From: Rhizaria sp. SCN 62-66
Lineage: Eukaryota
Length of the DNA stretch: 43,603 nucleotides
Assembly (NCBI GenBank): GCA_001724265.1
Contig: MEDY01000261.1
Coordinates: forward strand, 1 to 43,603
Reading direction: 5' to 3'
The notes beneath the pieces are model-generated. The model was given only the letters and a program-made list of their open reading frames with translations. It did not search any database and had not been told where the DNA came from. A program made the position numbers and the translations under genes. Positions 11,815 to 25,000 of the stretch are shown one piece after another. The first letter of the stretch is position 1, and the number at the start of each line of letters is the position of its first letter.

Positions 11815-14247
11815 TTAGAAGTCCTCCTCGGCCTCGGCCTCGGCATCAGCGTCAGCGTCAGCATCGGCGTCAGCGTCAGCGTCAGCCTCGTACTCGGCGT
11901 CACTCTCGGCGTCGAGCTCGGACTCAGCGTCAGCGTCGGCATCAGCATCGACGTCAGACTGGCCCTCGACGAAGGCCATCAGTTCCATCTTCCGGATCTC
12001 CTTCGGCAGCTCGTGGTGATCGAAGCTTGCGTTGCGGTTCAGTTGGGCGGCGAGGCTCAGCTCGCGATGCCCAGTGAGGAACTTACTAGTCGGCGGCATC
12101 TCAACCGTCTTTGTAACAGCCTCAATCTCGTCCTGCGTGCGGCGGTTGTGGTACTCGGCGACGCCCTGGTCGTTGGCACGAATGCGGGGCGCGGCGGGCG
12201 TGCCGTCGGCGTTGGAGCGGAAGGTGTACTCGTTGGAGTACTTGTCCTCGATCGGCAGGATCTGGTTGTCGAACGACGTGACTGCGTGGTTGATCATGGT
12301 GAGGATGTCGGAGGTGATGCGCTCGGGGCGTGTCAGTTCGGCGACCTCGGGCAGGGCGTTGGTGATAGTCTCGGTCGAGTTGAGCACGCGCGCGAGGCGC
12401 TTGTTGACCTGGTGGCGCTTGTCGCCGAACGCGGAGCGAATCTCGCAGAAGTTGCCCTTGAAGTCGGCGGGGCAGCGGCACTTGCCGCCGGCGACGCAGG
12501 AGCCGCCGTTGAGGCAGACAACGTTAGTGCAGCGATCAATCTCGCACTCCTTGCCGATGAAGCCGTAGTTGCAGTGGCACTTGCCGTCCTTGCAGACGCC
12601 GCCGTTCTGGCACGAAACCTTGGAGCACTGGTCAATCTCGCAGATAAGGCCCTCGAAGCCGGGCTTGCAGACGCAGGCGCCGTCCTTGCAGACACCGCCG
12701 TTGCGGCAGGGCAGCGTGTGGCACGGGTACGTGGGGTTGACGCCCGCGAACGACACGGCCTCGGGCATCTTGGTGACGATGGCGAGAGTGCCGTTGGCGC
12801 ACTTGCGGTCGACCATGGTGTCGCAGTTGACGGGGTTGCCGGGGAAGTCGCACTGGCACGCGTCCCAGGCGGGCAGCATGGGCACCACCACGTCAGGCTC
12901 GGCGGGCGTCTTCTGAGAGATCTCGCACATGGTGCCGCGCCACTCGCCGTAGCACGTGCACTTGGCGTTCTCGCACTTGCCGCCGTTGTTGCACTTCATC
13001 TGCTCGCACACGTCCTTCTCGCAGCGGTCGCCGAAGAAGCTGTTGATGCACGCACAGCGGCCCGCCTCGCACTTGCCAGAGTTCTGGCACACGATGCCGG
13101 CGCAGGGGTCGACCTCGCAGTACTTGCCGGTGAACGAGTTGATGCAGGCGCAGAAGCCGTTCTTGCACGTGCCGCCGTTCTTGCAGTTGACGTTGAGGCA
13201 CTCCTCGCCCGCGGGGGGCGTGATCTCGCAGCGCGAGCCCTTGAAGTTGCCGAAGCAGGAGCACGAGCCGGTCTCCTTCTGGCACTCACCGCCGTTGAGG
13301 CAGGCGACGTTCAGGCAGCGGTTGCCCGAGTCGACGTCGCAGCGCTCGCCGGTGAAGCCGGTGCTGGGGGTGCACACGCAGGTGTTGCCCTCGCACGAGC
13401 CGTTGACGCAGTTGGACTTGTTGCACGTGACCTTGGTCTCGCAGCGCAGGCCCGTCGTGTCGGCGGGGCAGGTGCAGGTGCCCATGGTGTTGCACACACC
13501 GCCGTTGTAGCAGACCATCGACGCGCACAGCGGGTGCGCGGCGGGCACGGAGACCTGGGGCGCGGGCAGCGAGGCCGCGTTCTCAGGCGCAGTCTCGGGC
13601 ACGAGGGGAGTCATAGGGGTAGTCGGCACAGCGGGCGTCGTGGTCGCAGCGACCGCGGGGGTCGCAGCAGCGGCGGGGTCGTCGCCCGTGGTAAGGAAGG
13701 ACGACGCAGCGGCACCGTTGAAGCGGAACGAAGGGGACCAGGCGGCAGCGCGCTGCTCGACCTGGGCCTCGACCTCGGCGCGGATCTCCTGAGCCAGGGC
13801 GGCCTTGACGCGCTGAGCGAGCTCGGCGACAAGGTCGACACCGGAGGAAACCGTCGCGGTGGCCTCAGCGTGCGTCTCCAGGAGAGACTGTGGGAGTGTA
13901 AGAGGCGAAAGCGGACGGGACAAAGCGGGGGAGACAAGAGAGAGAGGAGAAGAGGAAGGGGGAACTTAAGGTGAGAGGGGGGCGACGGAGGTTTTGAAGG
14001 CCTAACAGAAGGCAAAGTTGTGGTGAAAGAGGAGTCGGAAGAAGGGGAAAAGGTAGAGTAGGGAGGGAAGACGTACGTCATGGCTCTGCATAGCAGGCAC
14101 AGACCCTTCGTGGATCCACATCGCGTCGTCCGTACGACGGATCTCCTCAACCAGCTCAGCGCTCTGCCAGTCCTGTGAAGCGACGAAGGGGGCGAGCCCC
14201 ATCATCGCCACACAAAGACTGATCACTAGCACGAACTTGGTGACCAT
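11815..14247 (-). CDS. Secreted multi-EGF (tenascin/teneurin-type repeat) protein with acidic tail, ~747 aa, 2 exons (14247-14077, 13887-11815)
   Basis: Signal peptide MVTKFVLVISLCVAMMGLAPFVAS; nine C..C.NG/SG.C...C.C...G..C[ED] EGF-like repeats; no TM; C-terminal DA/EA-repeat tail; stop TAA. Confidence 0.88.
11821..11955 (-). repeat. Degenerate hexamer repeat encoding the (DA/EA)n acidic tail
   Basis: GACGCT/GATGCC/GAGGCC units encoding DVDADADADAESELDAESDAEYEADADADADADADAEAEAEED. Confidence 0.85.
13888..14076 (-). other. Spliceosomal intron in EGF gene (189 nt, phase 0)
   Basis: GAC|GTACGT...CCCACAG|TCT; pyrimidine-rich on the coding strand; joins the signal-peptide exon in frame to the EGF exon. 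Confidence 0.82.
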
Positions 14248-14966
14248 CTATAAAGGGCAAAGCAAAAAGCAAGACACGTGAGCGGACAGGATACCAGCCA
14301 ACAGGGTGCAAAACGGGGCGACAAAGGGGAAGGAAGCAAGTCGACAGGGCAAGCCTCCCAAGCGTCATGACCGTCTCTACAAAACGTTACATGCGGACAG
14401 CAAACACACAGCAGATACACCAGACCATAAAGAATGCCCACAGGTATGCGCACTTCCAACGCGCATAATCCGGCTCCTCAAAACACAATTCCTTTCGTCG
14501 CCCAAGCCCCCTTGGCCCTGAAGCCATTCTCGACCGACCGACTATGACTGTGAGCAACTCCCCCTTAGACGGCTGTAAGCACCAGCCGAACCGACCGCCG
14601 TCCAAATTCCGACCGTTCAGCCAGACTGGCTGACTGACCGAACGGATCCACAGCGAGGAGCCCGCCTCGTCCAGGAAGTGCCCGACGCACCCTTAAACCG
14701 TAGTGTTTGAGTGTGTTTTGTCAGCATTTTAAATATTTTATTTTATATTCAAGTCGACCACCCTGTTTTGAATTTTGTTGATTTATTTTTAAGCGTAACA
14801 TCTGAAGACTCATTCCGAGATTCTTTCTGATAGAATTCACATCAGCACTCTCCTCTCACTGTTGACTTGCCTTCCCAACCTACGCGCTTCATTCAGGTCT
14901 AGCTCCACGCAGTCTTTCCCGATTCAAACACGACCCCGGCCCAATATTGCCGCGCTCTGGACCTCT
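14248..14966. promoter_or_regulatory. Probable divergent promoter region (EGF gene / USP48-like) with clustered GACC/GACT motifs
   Basis: Head-to-head genes ~720 bp apart; CGACCGACCGACT, CCGAACCGACCG and GACTGGCTGACTGACCG at 14531-14645. Confidence 0.5.
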
Positions 14967-16499
14967 ATGTCTCACGACTCTGCGGCTCCCCAACCCCCCG
15001 CCGCGGCCTCCGCCGGCGCGTCAGGCGCCGCCGTCTCTGCGCCGTCGTCGTGGCCCGAGCTGTTCGGCTTCGACCGCCCGTCCTGCCTCGAGCCCACAAC
15101 CACGATCTTCCCGCGCACGTCCCGCGCCTGCGGCAACGACCTGCCTCCCGTCGCCGGCCGTCCCGCGGGTGAGGTCGAGGCTTGGACCGCGGGCGGCCAC
15201 CCCAACTGCGTGCACTGGCGCGCCTGCCTCGACCCGCGCGACGGCCAGGGCCTCTGGGGCGGCGCTTCGGGGCTCCGCGCCTTCGCCACGCTCCGCTCCG
15301 CCGTCGTCGGCGCCGCCGCGTCCGCCGCCGGCGCGACGACCGCCGCGTACATGCACCAGCCCGCCTTTGTCGACGCGTCCGCTAATGCTGCCGCTGCATC
15401 ATCGTCCGCAGCTGCTGCCTCGTCATCGTCTGCTGCGAGCAGCAGTGCGATGGTCGACTCCGACTCCGACGCCGCGCTGGCGCGCCAGCTCGCCGCGGAC
15501 GAGGCCGCAGCCGACGCCGCCGCGGTCGTGGCCGCCTCCGAGGCCTCCGTGCTGGCCTCGCTGGCCGCCGTCTCAGTTCTGAGCCCGGAGGCGGCGATGC
15601 TGCCGCCGCCGCTGCGCGCGCGCCTCGCGCCAGACCCGCGGCTGGGGCTCCGCGCCGCGCCCGCCGCCGCGGCGCTGCTTGCGCAGACGGCCGTGTCGGC
15701 CGCGGCCTCGACCGGCACCGCCGCCGCCGCGCTCGCCGCCGCCGAGGCCGCCGCGGCCAAAGCGGTCTGGGGCAAGGTGGCGCGCGCGCTGCCCTCCGCC
15801 GCCGTGGCCGCCGCCATTGCCACGGGTGCTGCGGGGCCCGCAAGCGAGCGCGATGATGGCGAGCTGCATGGTGGCAAGATCTACGGTGGCGCCAAGAGCG
15901 AGTGTGCTGGAGATGTTAGCAGTAGTGTTACCAACGGTGATATGATTGCCCGCGAAGACGCTGTGTGTGTCGGTGTGCCCGAATGCGCGTGGTCCGAGGC
16001 GGTGCCCGCGTCGCGCGTCCCTCTGCCTGGACAAGTCCACAGTGACAACTCAGCTAGCTCAAGCTCTAGCTCAAGCTCTAGCTCTAGTGCGAGTGCGAGC
16101 GCCGATAACGCTCAATGCCACCATATGAGCCATCAGCAGCTTCTGCAGCAGCCACAGCCGCCACAGCAACAGCAGCAACAGCAACAGCAGCCACAGCCGC
16201 CGCAGCCGCAGTACCCCGCGCTGACGATCATTGCCGCCCGTGGCCTCGTTCCCCCCGTTGTCGCCCCGCATCACGATGCAAGCGCGGCGTCGCACAGTGC
16301 GCAGACTGCGGCGGCCGCGGTGGCCGCGGTGCCTTCTGCGCTGGCGCGTCTGGCCGGCGTGGCAAATCTGGGCGCGACGTGCTACATGTCCGCCGTGCTG
16401 CAGTGCCTGTCGCAGGTGCCCGAGCTCGTCGAGTCCGTCATGCACTACAACAACAGCCCCCCCGCGAACCTCCAGAGTTGCAGCACCAACGCCTACGCT

Positions 16500-16550
<51 letters not shown>

Positions 16551-18984
16551 GCGGCCAGCAGGACTGCTGACGCCGCGACCGCATCAGCTGCAAGTGCGAG
16601 CGTCGACTCGACCGAAGCCCGGCTTGCGGCCTTGGCCCGCCTGCGCGCCGCGGCCGCCGCTGCGTCGTCCGCCTCCGCCGCGTCCGCGCGCGGGCAGGCC
16701 GAGCGCGCGCGCAGCGGCCGGCACGCGCGCAGCGTGGCGCGGCTGGCGCGGCGCTGGCGGGCCACTGCGGGCCGGCTCGCCGCCGCGCTTGCGCCCGCCA
16801 AGGCGAAGCAGAGCAAGAGCAACGCGGGTGATAACGGTGACGACGCTTGCGGCGAGAGCGAGTCTGAGGGCGACAACAACGACGGAGACGACGCCGACGG
16901 CCAGGATAGCGACGACGACCTTGACACCGAGGCCGACGTCGACATCGACACCGACTCGCCGGCCAAGTCACAGCCACAGGCGTCGTCTTCAGCTGCGTCA
17001 GAGTCTGGCTCCAGCGCTGCGGGCGTTGTGTCAGCGCCGCCGCACTTCCTGGCGCCGCTGCGGACTGTGCTGGCGTCGCTGGCGCTATCGTTGGGCTCGG
17101 CCGTGTCGCCACGCGCGCTCGCGGCCGCGCTGCAGATGCGCGTCGGCGTGCAACAGGACGCACAGGTACGCCTTGTAACAATCATGAAACACGAGATATA
17201 TCGGCTAATTCTATCCAAAAGCGTAACCTTTATGAATTTTTCTTGATGCTAATTCTATGAACAACCCATTCTACGAAAAATAACGCATGTTTTATCGTTT
17301 ATATCTTTTTATAATTCCCTTTAGGAGTTTTACATCCTGCTGCTGTCTGCGCTGGAGCCGGCCTCGGTGGCGGCACAGTGCCGCGGCGCGACGTATCCGT
17401 CCTGGACGCCGCAGATCACCGTGCAGGCGGGGCCCGACACGGCCGCCGCGGCCGCCGCGACGGCCCCGCGCCGGCCGCCGCTGCCGCTGCCGCTGCCGCC
17501 CGCGGCGCCGCGCTACTTGGTGGGGCCGCCCGCGTTGTTCCGCGGCTCGCTGGGCTACGCGATGCACTGCGCGACGTGCCGCGCCGTCACGGGGACCGTG
17601 GAGGGCATGTACGACCTCCCGCTCTCCATCTCCGGCGCCGTCGCCGCCAACGCCGCGCAGGCCAAGAAGGACAAGGCCAGGTACGTGTCGTCACAAGACT
17701 GCGAAGATGTCACAGATTGGTATTTGAGCAGCTGATTACATTGCATTTCTTTTAGCGAGCTGATTTCGATTTTTATTTTTACTTTTGATGCTTCTTTGTG
17801 TCCATAGGGCTGCATCAATTGCGGCAATGGCTGCGTCGTCAATGTCCGGCGCCAACCTCAACGGTAGAAATACCGCCGATGCTGGCTCCAGCTCTGCCAA
17901 AGGCGGCCGGCGCGGCGGGGGCGGCGGCTCCGGCGACGCCAAGCGCGCCCGCACCGCTTCCGGCAACAGCGGCAACGCGAGCCCCGCCGTCGTGGCCGCG
18001 GTCACCTCCGCTCTCGCCGCCGCCACCGGCTCCACCGCGGCTCCCGGCAGCAGCGGCAGCGGCAGCGGCAGCGGCAGCACAGGATTGACCGTCAGCGCGC
18101 TCGCGCGGCACCGGTTCCAGGCGGAGGAGTTCACCGGCGGGAACCGGTTCATGTGCTCCTCGTGCGGCTGCAAGCGCGACGCGCTGCGGCAGCCGCAGCT
18201 GCGCTCCGCGCCGGCCGTGCTCGCCGTGCACCTGGAGCGCTTCGCCTTCGACTACAGCACGGGCAACCGGCTCAAGGTCAAGGACGGCGTCGGACTCGAG
18301 CCCACGCTAGACCTGCGGCCGTACGCCGTGCGCGGTGCCGGCCGCGGCGCCGGCGAGCTGCTGCGCGACCGCCTCGCGCCGCGGCGCTACCGCGCGCTGC
18401 TAGCCTCGCTGCTGCGCCAGCGTGCCGCCGCGCTCGCCGCAGAGCTTGAGGCGCTGGGCGCGCGCCGGCACGAGCGCGTGGAGGGCGACGCGGCGGAGGG
18501 CGACGCGGCGGCGGGCGACGCGGCGGCGGGCCTAGCGCAGGAGCAGCAGGCGCTGCAGGAGCAGCTGCAGCAGATCCAGAGCGCTCTCGAGAGCGAGAAC
18601 AACGATGACGGGCTTCACAGCGGCAGCGCCGAGGGCGCTCTGTTGTCATCCGCGGTGCTGGATCTGCCGCCGATCTACGAGCTTTTCGCGATCGTCACGC
18701 ATAAGGGTCAGAGCGCCTCTCACGGCCACTATACCGCGGACATCCTCGTGCCCAACGCCGCGGCCGCCCACGGCACCGCCAACACTAACCCCGGCGCACT
18801 CTCTGGCGCGGACGGCGCGAGCAGCGCGGCGGCTGCTGCTTCGGCGACGGCTGTGAGCGACGGCGCGAGCAGCAGCGCAAGCGTGTGGTGGAACATGAAC
18901 GACGTCGTCACCAAGCCCATCGGCGCCGTGCCCACAGTCACCCCCGTCCGCAACCCCCGCGCCGCCGCCGCCAACGCTGCCGCC

Positions 18985-19022
<38 letters not shown>

Positions 19023-22000
19023 TGCTGCTACCGGGGCGGGGCCGGGCGCCGGCGCGAGCAGCGCGTTCGCAGCCTCTGCAGCCGCCGCCGCCGCTGCGGC
19101 CGCCGGCGCCCCAGCGGTGACGTCACGCAGCAAGCGCGGGCGCCCGGCCGACCCCTCGCACGGCGGCGGCGGCACAGGCGCTGAGAACGACGACCCGGTG
19201 GCCGCAGTGGCGCTAGCCGAGGCCGCGGCGGCCGCGGTGACGGCTGCGCTGGCCGCCGAAGCCGCCGCCACCGCCGCCGCCGAGGCCGCCAACGCTGACG
19301 CCGCGGCGCTCGCGCAGCTGCGGCGCGACCTGGCCTCGCCGCACTCGCTGCACCGCCTCGGCACTTCTCCTGCCGCCCCCGCTGCGCTCGGCGCCGGGGG
19401 CGCGGCGGGCGTCAGCTTGGTGGCCGCGGTGAGCGAGCGAGCGAGCGACGTGTTGTGGGCGGGTGAGGCCACTGCGCTGGCGCCAGTTGCGGCCCCCGGG
19501 CTCGCCGACGCCGCCGCGGCCGCCGCTGGGGTGATGGGCAGCTCGACGACGGCATACATGCTCTTCTACCGGCTGCGGCACTTACCGTTTGTGCCGCTTG
19601 AGGAAGGCGCGCCCGCGCTGCAGGGCGGCCGCATCGTCTGGATGGCAGACAGTGCTCATACCTCCGCGATGAGCGACTCGGGCGGTGATGGCGGTGAAGG
19701 CGCTGTGTGCAAGAGCGAGGCGGCTGTCAAGACTGAGGATGGCGCTATGATGGGGGACAACGTAAAGTTCGAGCACGGCTCTTGCGACAAGCACGTCAAA
19801 GACGAGTTTACCGGGGTTGCCGCTGCCACGCAAACCGCGTGCGCGTCTCTCGGAGGTGGCGCAGCTGGCGACGCCGCGGGCGACGTCGCAGTCGCGCTGC
19901 TGCCGAGTCCCCACATCGACCCGCCGCCGCTGCTCTTCACACGTTTCGGCCCCGCGCCCCTCCCCGGCGCCGCTGTCCCTCATCATCTTCCGGACTCCCC
20001 CAACACTCCCAGCGCTGCTGCTCCTGTGTCAAGCGCCAAGGCGGGATCGGGATCTGGGCTGTCACGTCAGTCGTCTCTGACCGCTGCCGTCGCCGCGGAC
20101 GCGACCGCCGCCGCCGCCGCCGCGGGCGCGCTGTGGACCGGCTTCCGCGTGCCGCCCGCGCTGCTGCTGCCCGCGAGCGACACCACGTTCCCGTCGGAGG
20201 CCGCCGCGGCCGCCGCGGCGCGCGCGCTTGCGGCCGGCGCCGCAGCCACCGCGACGGCCGCCACGGACGCTGCGGCGCAAGGCGCCAGGGCCGCTGCGAC
20301 TGCGGCAGACGCGCTCGCTGCTGCTGCGGCCGCTGCAGCGCACATCGCCTCGCTCGCTGCAGGCAAGGGCGCAGCAGCACTGAACAGCACTACGAGTAGT
20401 GGGAGTAATACAGAGTTCGCACTGTGTCTTGGCTCTGCGGCGGGGTTGAACATGCTGTCGCCACCGTCCATCGCGGCTGCCGCTCCCCCCGCCTCGCTCC
20501 TATGGCCGTGGGCGAGCCCCCAGTGGCCGGCGCCGCCTCTGTGGCTCTCCCGCCGGCTCGCGGTCGCCAACGCGCGCGCCCTGCTCAACTGCGTGCGCTA
20601 CGCCGCCGAGTCGCAGTCGCTGCTGCGGCTCGCGCGCCGGCGGCGGCAGCTCGTGCTCGACGCGCTGGGCCTCGGGCTCGCAGCCGCGGCCAGGGTTGCG
20701 GCCGCCAAGGCCGTCGCGCACACGCTCGAGACGCCGCTTCAAGAGCTGCGGCGACAATCGGCTGAGGCCAACGCCGCCGCTGACGCCGCCGAGGCCGCGG
20801 AGGCTGCGGAGACCGCGGACGCGACGGGCGCTGACGGCGCATCTGCCAGCACACGGGCTCGAGGCAGGGCTCCAGCGAAGTCGACCGTGAGTGCGCGTGG
20901 GACCGTGGATGCGCACGCTCCGTCGACTGAGAAAGCGGGTGCGCGGGCCAAGGCCCCCGCGCCTGTGGTGGCCCCCATGGCCGACGTCGACGACGACGGC
21001 GACGGAGACAAAGCCGCCGGCGACGAGAGCGGCAGCAGCAGCAGCGATGACAGCGGGATCGTGATGGTGTCGAGCTCGCTCAAGCCCCGCGTCCGCCAGC
21101 GCTCGTCGGCGATGCTCGCAGCCGCAGCCGCCGCGGCGACTGCGGCCGTCAATGCTGCGGCTGCCGAGGCCGACGCGGCTGCTGCTGCCTCTGCCGCCGC
21201 CGCCACCGCTGCTGCTGCCCAAGGTGCTGCTGCTGCCCAAGGTGCTGCGGCTGCTGCTGATGCTGCCGCGGGCGCGAGTGCGGCAGAGAGTGAGAATGGG
21301 CGTCCTAAACGCCGCGTCACGCGGCCGCGCGACGAGTGGAAGCATAACTCCAATGCCTCCAGCAGCAACAGTAAAGACAGCGCTGATAATGAAGAAGATG
21401 CTGCGGGCGACAAGTCTAATGCGAAGGTTTCTCGATCCAAGTCTGGCAACAGCAGCAGCAGCAACAGCGTAGAGCTTGTTACCGACGTCCCCAACGGGCT
21501 CGCAGTCGACCCGCTGCCTTCCGACGCGCCTCTCCTGCCCCCCCGCGCGCGTTCGCATAGTGCCGACGCGGGCGCAAGTCTTTTCGCTGCGGCCGCCGAC
21601 GATACGGTCGTGATCGAAGCGCGGTGGCTGATGCGCTTTCTCGCCGGCTACGACGAGCGCGGCCAGCTGCAGCAGCTGCCTTCGCGCGCGCAGTCGCAGA
21701 CGGCGCACGGGCAAGTGCAGTCGCAGACGCAACATCAACCGAGCAGCAACAGTAACTGCGCGAGTGCTGTCGCAAGCACTGACTTCGATGACGCGAGTGA
21801 GGATGCGAGTTCGGGTATGAACGATGATAAGGATGCCATTGACCTCGCTGATGATCCAATAATTACCAGTGATGACGCCAATAGCAACGACGCGACTAGC
21901 TCCGCTGCAGCCGCTGAAGCCGCTGCTGCCGGCGACGACGAGTCCAGCCCCGCATCCGAGGTGGTTTCTGCTTCGGCCGCGCCCGCGCGCGACCGCTCGC

Positions 22001-25000
22001 TGTTTCCGCCGCTGTGGCCGGGCGACCTGGTCCGCGCGCAGCGCTCGCTGTTGTGCCCGCACGGCGCGCTCTCCCCGCTGCGCGCCGGCGTCATGAAGCG
22101 CGTGCCCCGCGCAGTCTTCGACGCCGCGGCCTCCGCCGCTGCGGGGCTTGCGCGCAAGGCCGCCGCGCGCCACGCAGCCGCCGCGGCTGCCGCCGCATCG
22201 CACGGTGCGGCTGGGTCTACTGCTGCTGCGAATGTGGCTGCGGCGCGCGATGCGGCGCTGGCGAACATGAGCCACTGGCTGCCCGACAATGCCTCCGGCG
22301 ATGACTCCAGCTCCAGTGCCTCAAGCGCTCGTGCGAGCGCTGACTGCGCCGGCACGAGTACGAGCGCGAATGCCGAGGAGCTGGGCGTTAGCGTGGCCGT
22401 CGTTGACATCCGTGGCCGCATTAGCCACCACGCCACCGCGGCCGCCGCTGCGCGCGCTGCTGCGTCTCTGCAGTCGTCCGTCCCCCCCGCGGCGCTGCTG
22501 CCCGTCGTTGCGCTCCCGGCCCCGTCGCCGCATGACATCTGTCCGCTCTGCGCGGCGGCCGCGGCGTCGCTCCGCGCGCGCGCGCAGTCCCGCGACGCCA
22601 CGCTGACCGCGCTGGCCGCTGCGCTGCCCCCCGCGCGCGCGCCCACGGACCTCGCACCCGTCGCTGCGGCTGCCGCTAAGGCCGCGGCGGCCGCGGAGGA
22701 GGGCGCTACGGGGTTCTGGGTCTCGCGCGCGTGGCTGCGCGACCTCCGGGCCGCGCTCAAGACCGTCGGCCGCGCCACCGCGCAGGCGCAGGACAGCGCG
22801 GCCAGCGCCAAGGAAAACCTGCTGTCGCCCGCCGCGCTCGCGCGTGAGGTGGCTTCGCTCAAGGCCGCGAGCTCCGGCGCTGGAGGCGGTGCCTCTGTTG
22901 CTGCTCCTGCTGCTGCTCCTGCTGTTGCCGACGCCGACACCGACGCCGACGCGGTGGTGTCTGCGGAGCTGCTGCCGCGCGCCTTCTACCCTGTCGGCAC
23001 CGCGACTGTGGCCACCAACGCGACAGTTGACGTCCAGTGCCCTCACGGCGCGCTCTGCGCAGAGCTGGGCAATAAGGCCGTCTCCGTGTCCGCGGTGGCG
23101 TGGGCCGCGATCACCACCGCGCTGCCCGCGGCCGCCGCGTTTGCACTCCCGGCGGCGCAGGCGCAGGCGCGCGGCGAGAGCAAGGGGAAGAAACAGAACT
23201 TCCCGCTGCCCGCAGGCGCGGCCGCGCTCTTCCGCTCGCTCGCCGGCGTCTACAACGAGAGCACTGCCGCGGAGGCCAGTGGGGCTCCGGCGATGGCCGA
23301 CGACGATGATGACCACGCTGCTGTTGCTCCCGGCGGCCGCGCGAGGCGCACCCGCGCCTCGCGCGGCCCCGTCGTGATCCTGACCGCGAACACGGCGTCC
23401 GGCGACGAGAACGATGGCGCCACGGTCTCCGTCCCGGTTTCGAGTGCGTGCTCGCTCTGCGTCTCCGCGGCCGCCGTGGCTGCCGCGGCCGCGTCCGAGG
23501 TGTCTGCCGCGCGCGAGCAAGAACGCCGTCTAGCCCCGCGGCTCTTGCGCCAGTGTGCGCGCGCGGCCGAGTTCCCCGCCGTACAGGACGCGCCGCCCGC
23601 CGCGGGCCGCTACGCGCTCGTGCCGACGCACTGGGCCGAGGCGTGGGCGCGTGCCGTGCAGGACGCGGCCGCGCCGCACCCGGGTCCCGTGGACTTCTCG
23701 CCGTTGCTGTGCGCGCACGGCCGGCTCGCGGCCGCGCCCTACCCGGCCGCGCTGCCGCCGTGCCCGCGCGGCGCCGCCGCGGCCACATGGCGCACCGGGC
23801 CGCGCGGGCCGGCCGCCGCGGTCGCGGGCGTGGCCGCGGGCGTGCTCGTCGCCGTCGATGGAGACGCGCTGCACGCTATCGGCGCGACTCCGGTCTGGGA
23901 CGGGCCAGAGCAATGGCAGCAGCAGCAGCCGCTGTCTGCATCTGCACCTGCAACTACTCCCGCGCCCGTTGCGTCTGCGCCTGCGCCTGCATCTGCACAG
24001 AAAGCTGACGGCTCGGGTTCGCCCTCGGTGTTCCCGTTCTCCACCGCGGCCCCAGCCGCTGCAGTCGCTCCAGACTCGGAGGCGGCCGCTGGCGGCCACA
24101 ATATCTCCGCGATCGGTCGCGAGGAAGTCGCCGCCGCTGCTGCTGCAACTGCTGCCTCTGCCGCCGCCGCTGCAGCCGCGGATTCGGACGAGTCGTCGAG
24201 TCCTGCCGCAGCAAGCACGCTTCCTGCTGTCGCCGCCGCGGGTGATTCTGCCCAGGCTCTGTCTGCCCAGTCGGCGAAGGTGCCCATGAGTGACGAGAGC
24301 GCCGCGGAGTTTGACGCGATGCTGAGTGCGGTGTCGGCGCCCGCTAATCCAGACGACGCTGCCGCCGCTGCTGCCGACGCTACCGCCGCCGCCGCTGCTG
24401 CTGCCGCCGCTGCTGCTGCCGCCGCTGCCGCTGCTGCTGCTACTGCTGCTGCTACTGCTGCCGGTACCGACATTGTAGTCCAAGCTGCTTCTACTAATGA
24501 GCAAGCGCACGTTGCTGATGAGGCTGGCTCAGCTGTTGCTGCTGCTAACGCTGCTGCTTCCGCCGTCATTGTCGATGATGATAAACGTGACTACGTTGCG
24601 AACCCAGTCCCCGTGGTCACGTTGACAGTGCGTCACCACTCTGCCGTTCCTGTCGCCCTCGGCGGCTCTTTAGTCCCCAGCAACAACGCTGCAGGGACCC
24701 CCACCAAGGGCGCGCGCGGCCGCAAGCCTGCGTCTGGCGCCGGTGGTGCGGGCGGCGGCGCAGAGCCCCCCGTGCGCACGTGGGCCGACGCGTGGCTCGC
24801 AACATCGCCGCCCGTCTGCGAGGCCTGCGCCGCCGACAACGCGGCGCGCGCGCTTAGCCGGCGGCTCAACTTCTCGTCGGGTCGCGTGACGGTGCGGCAG
24901 ATGGCGTCTGCCTCCGAGGCCGAGTCGCGCTCGCAGGCCGACGCCGTCGCCGAGGCGGGCATCTCCGACGCGGCCACCGGGACTGCCGCGGGTGAGCGCC

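Noticed and set aside
12013-13974. 653-aa plus-strand ORF, and similar long overlapping ORFs (39080-41431, 20500-22275, 32790-34451, 16493-17218)
   Set aside because: Antisense shadows of real genes; strong GC bias depletes stop codons in other frames, and they show no domain signal.
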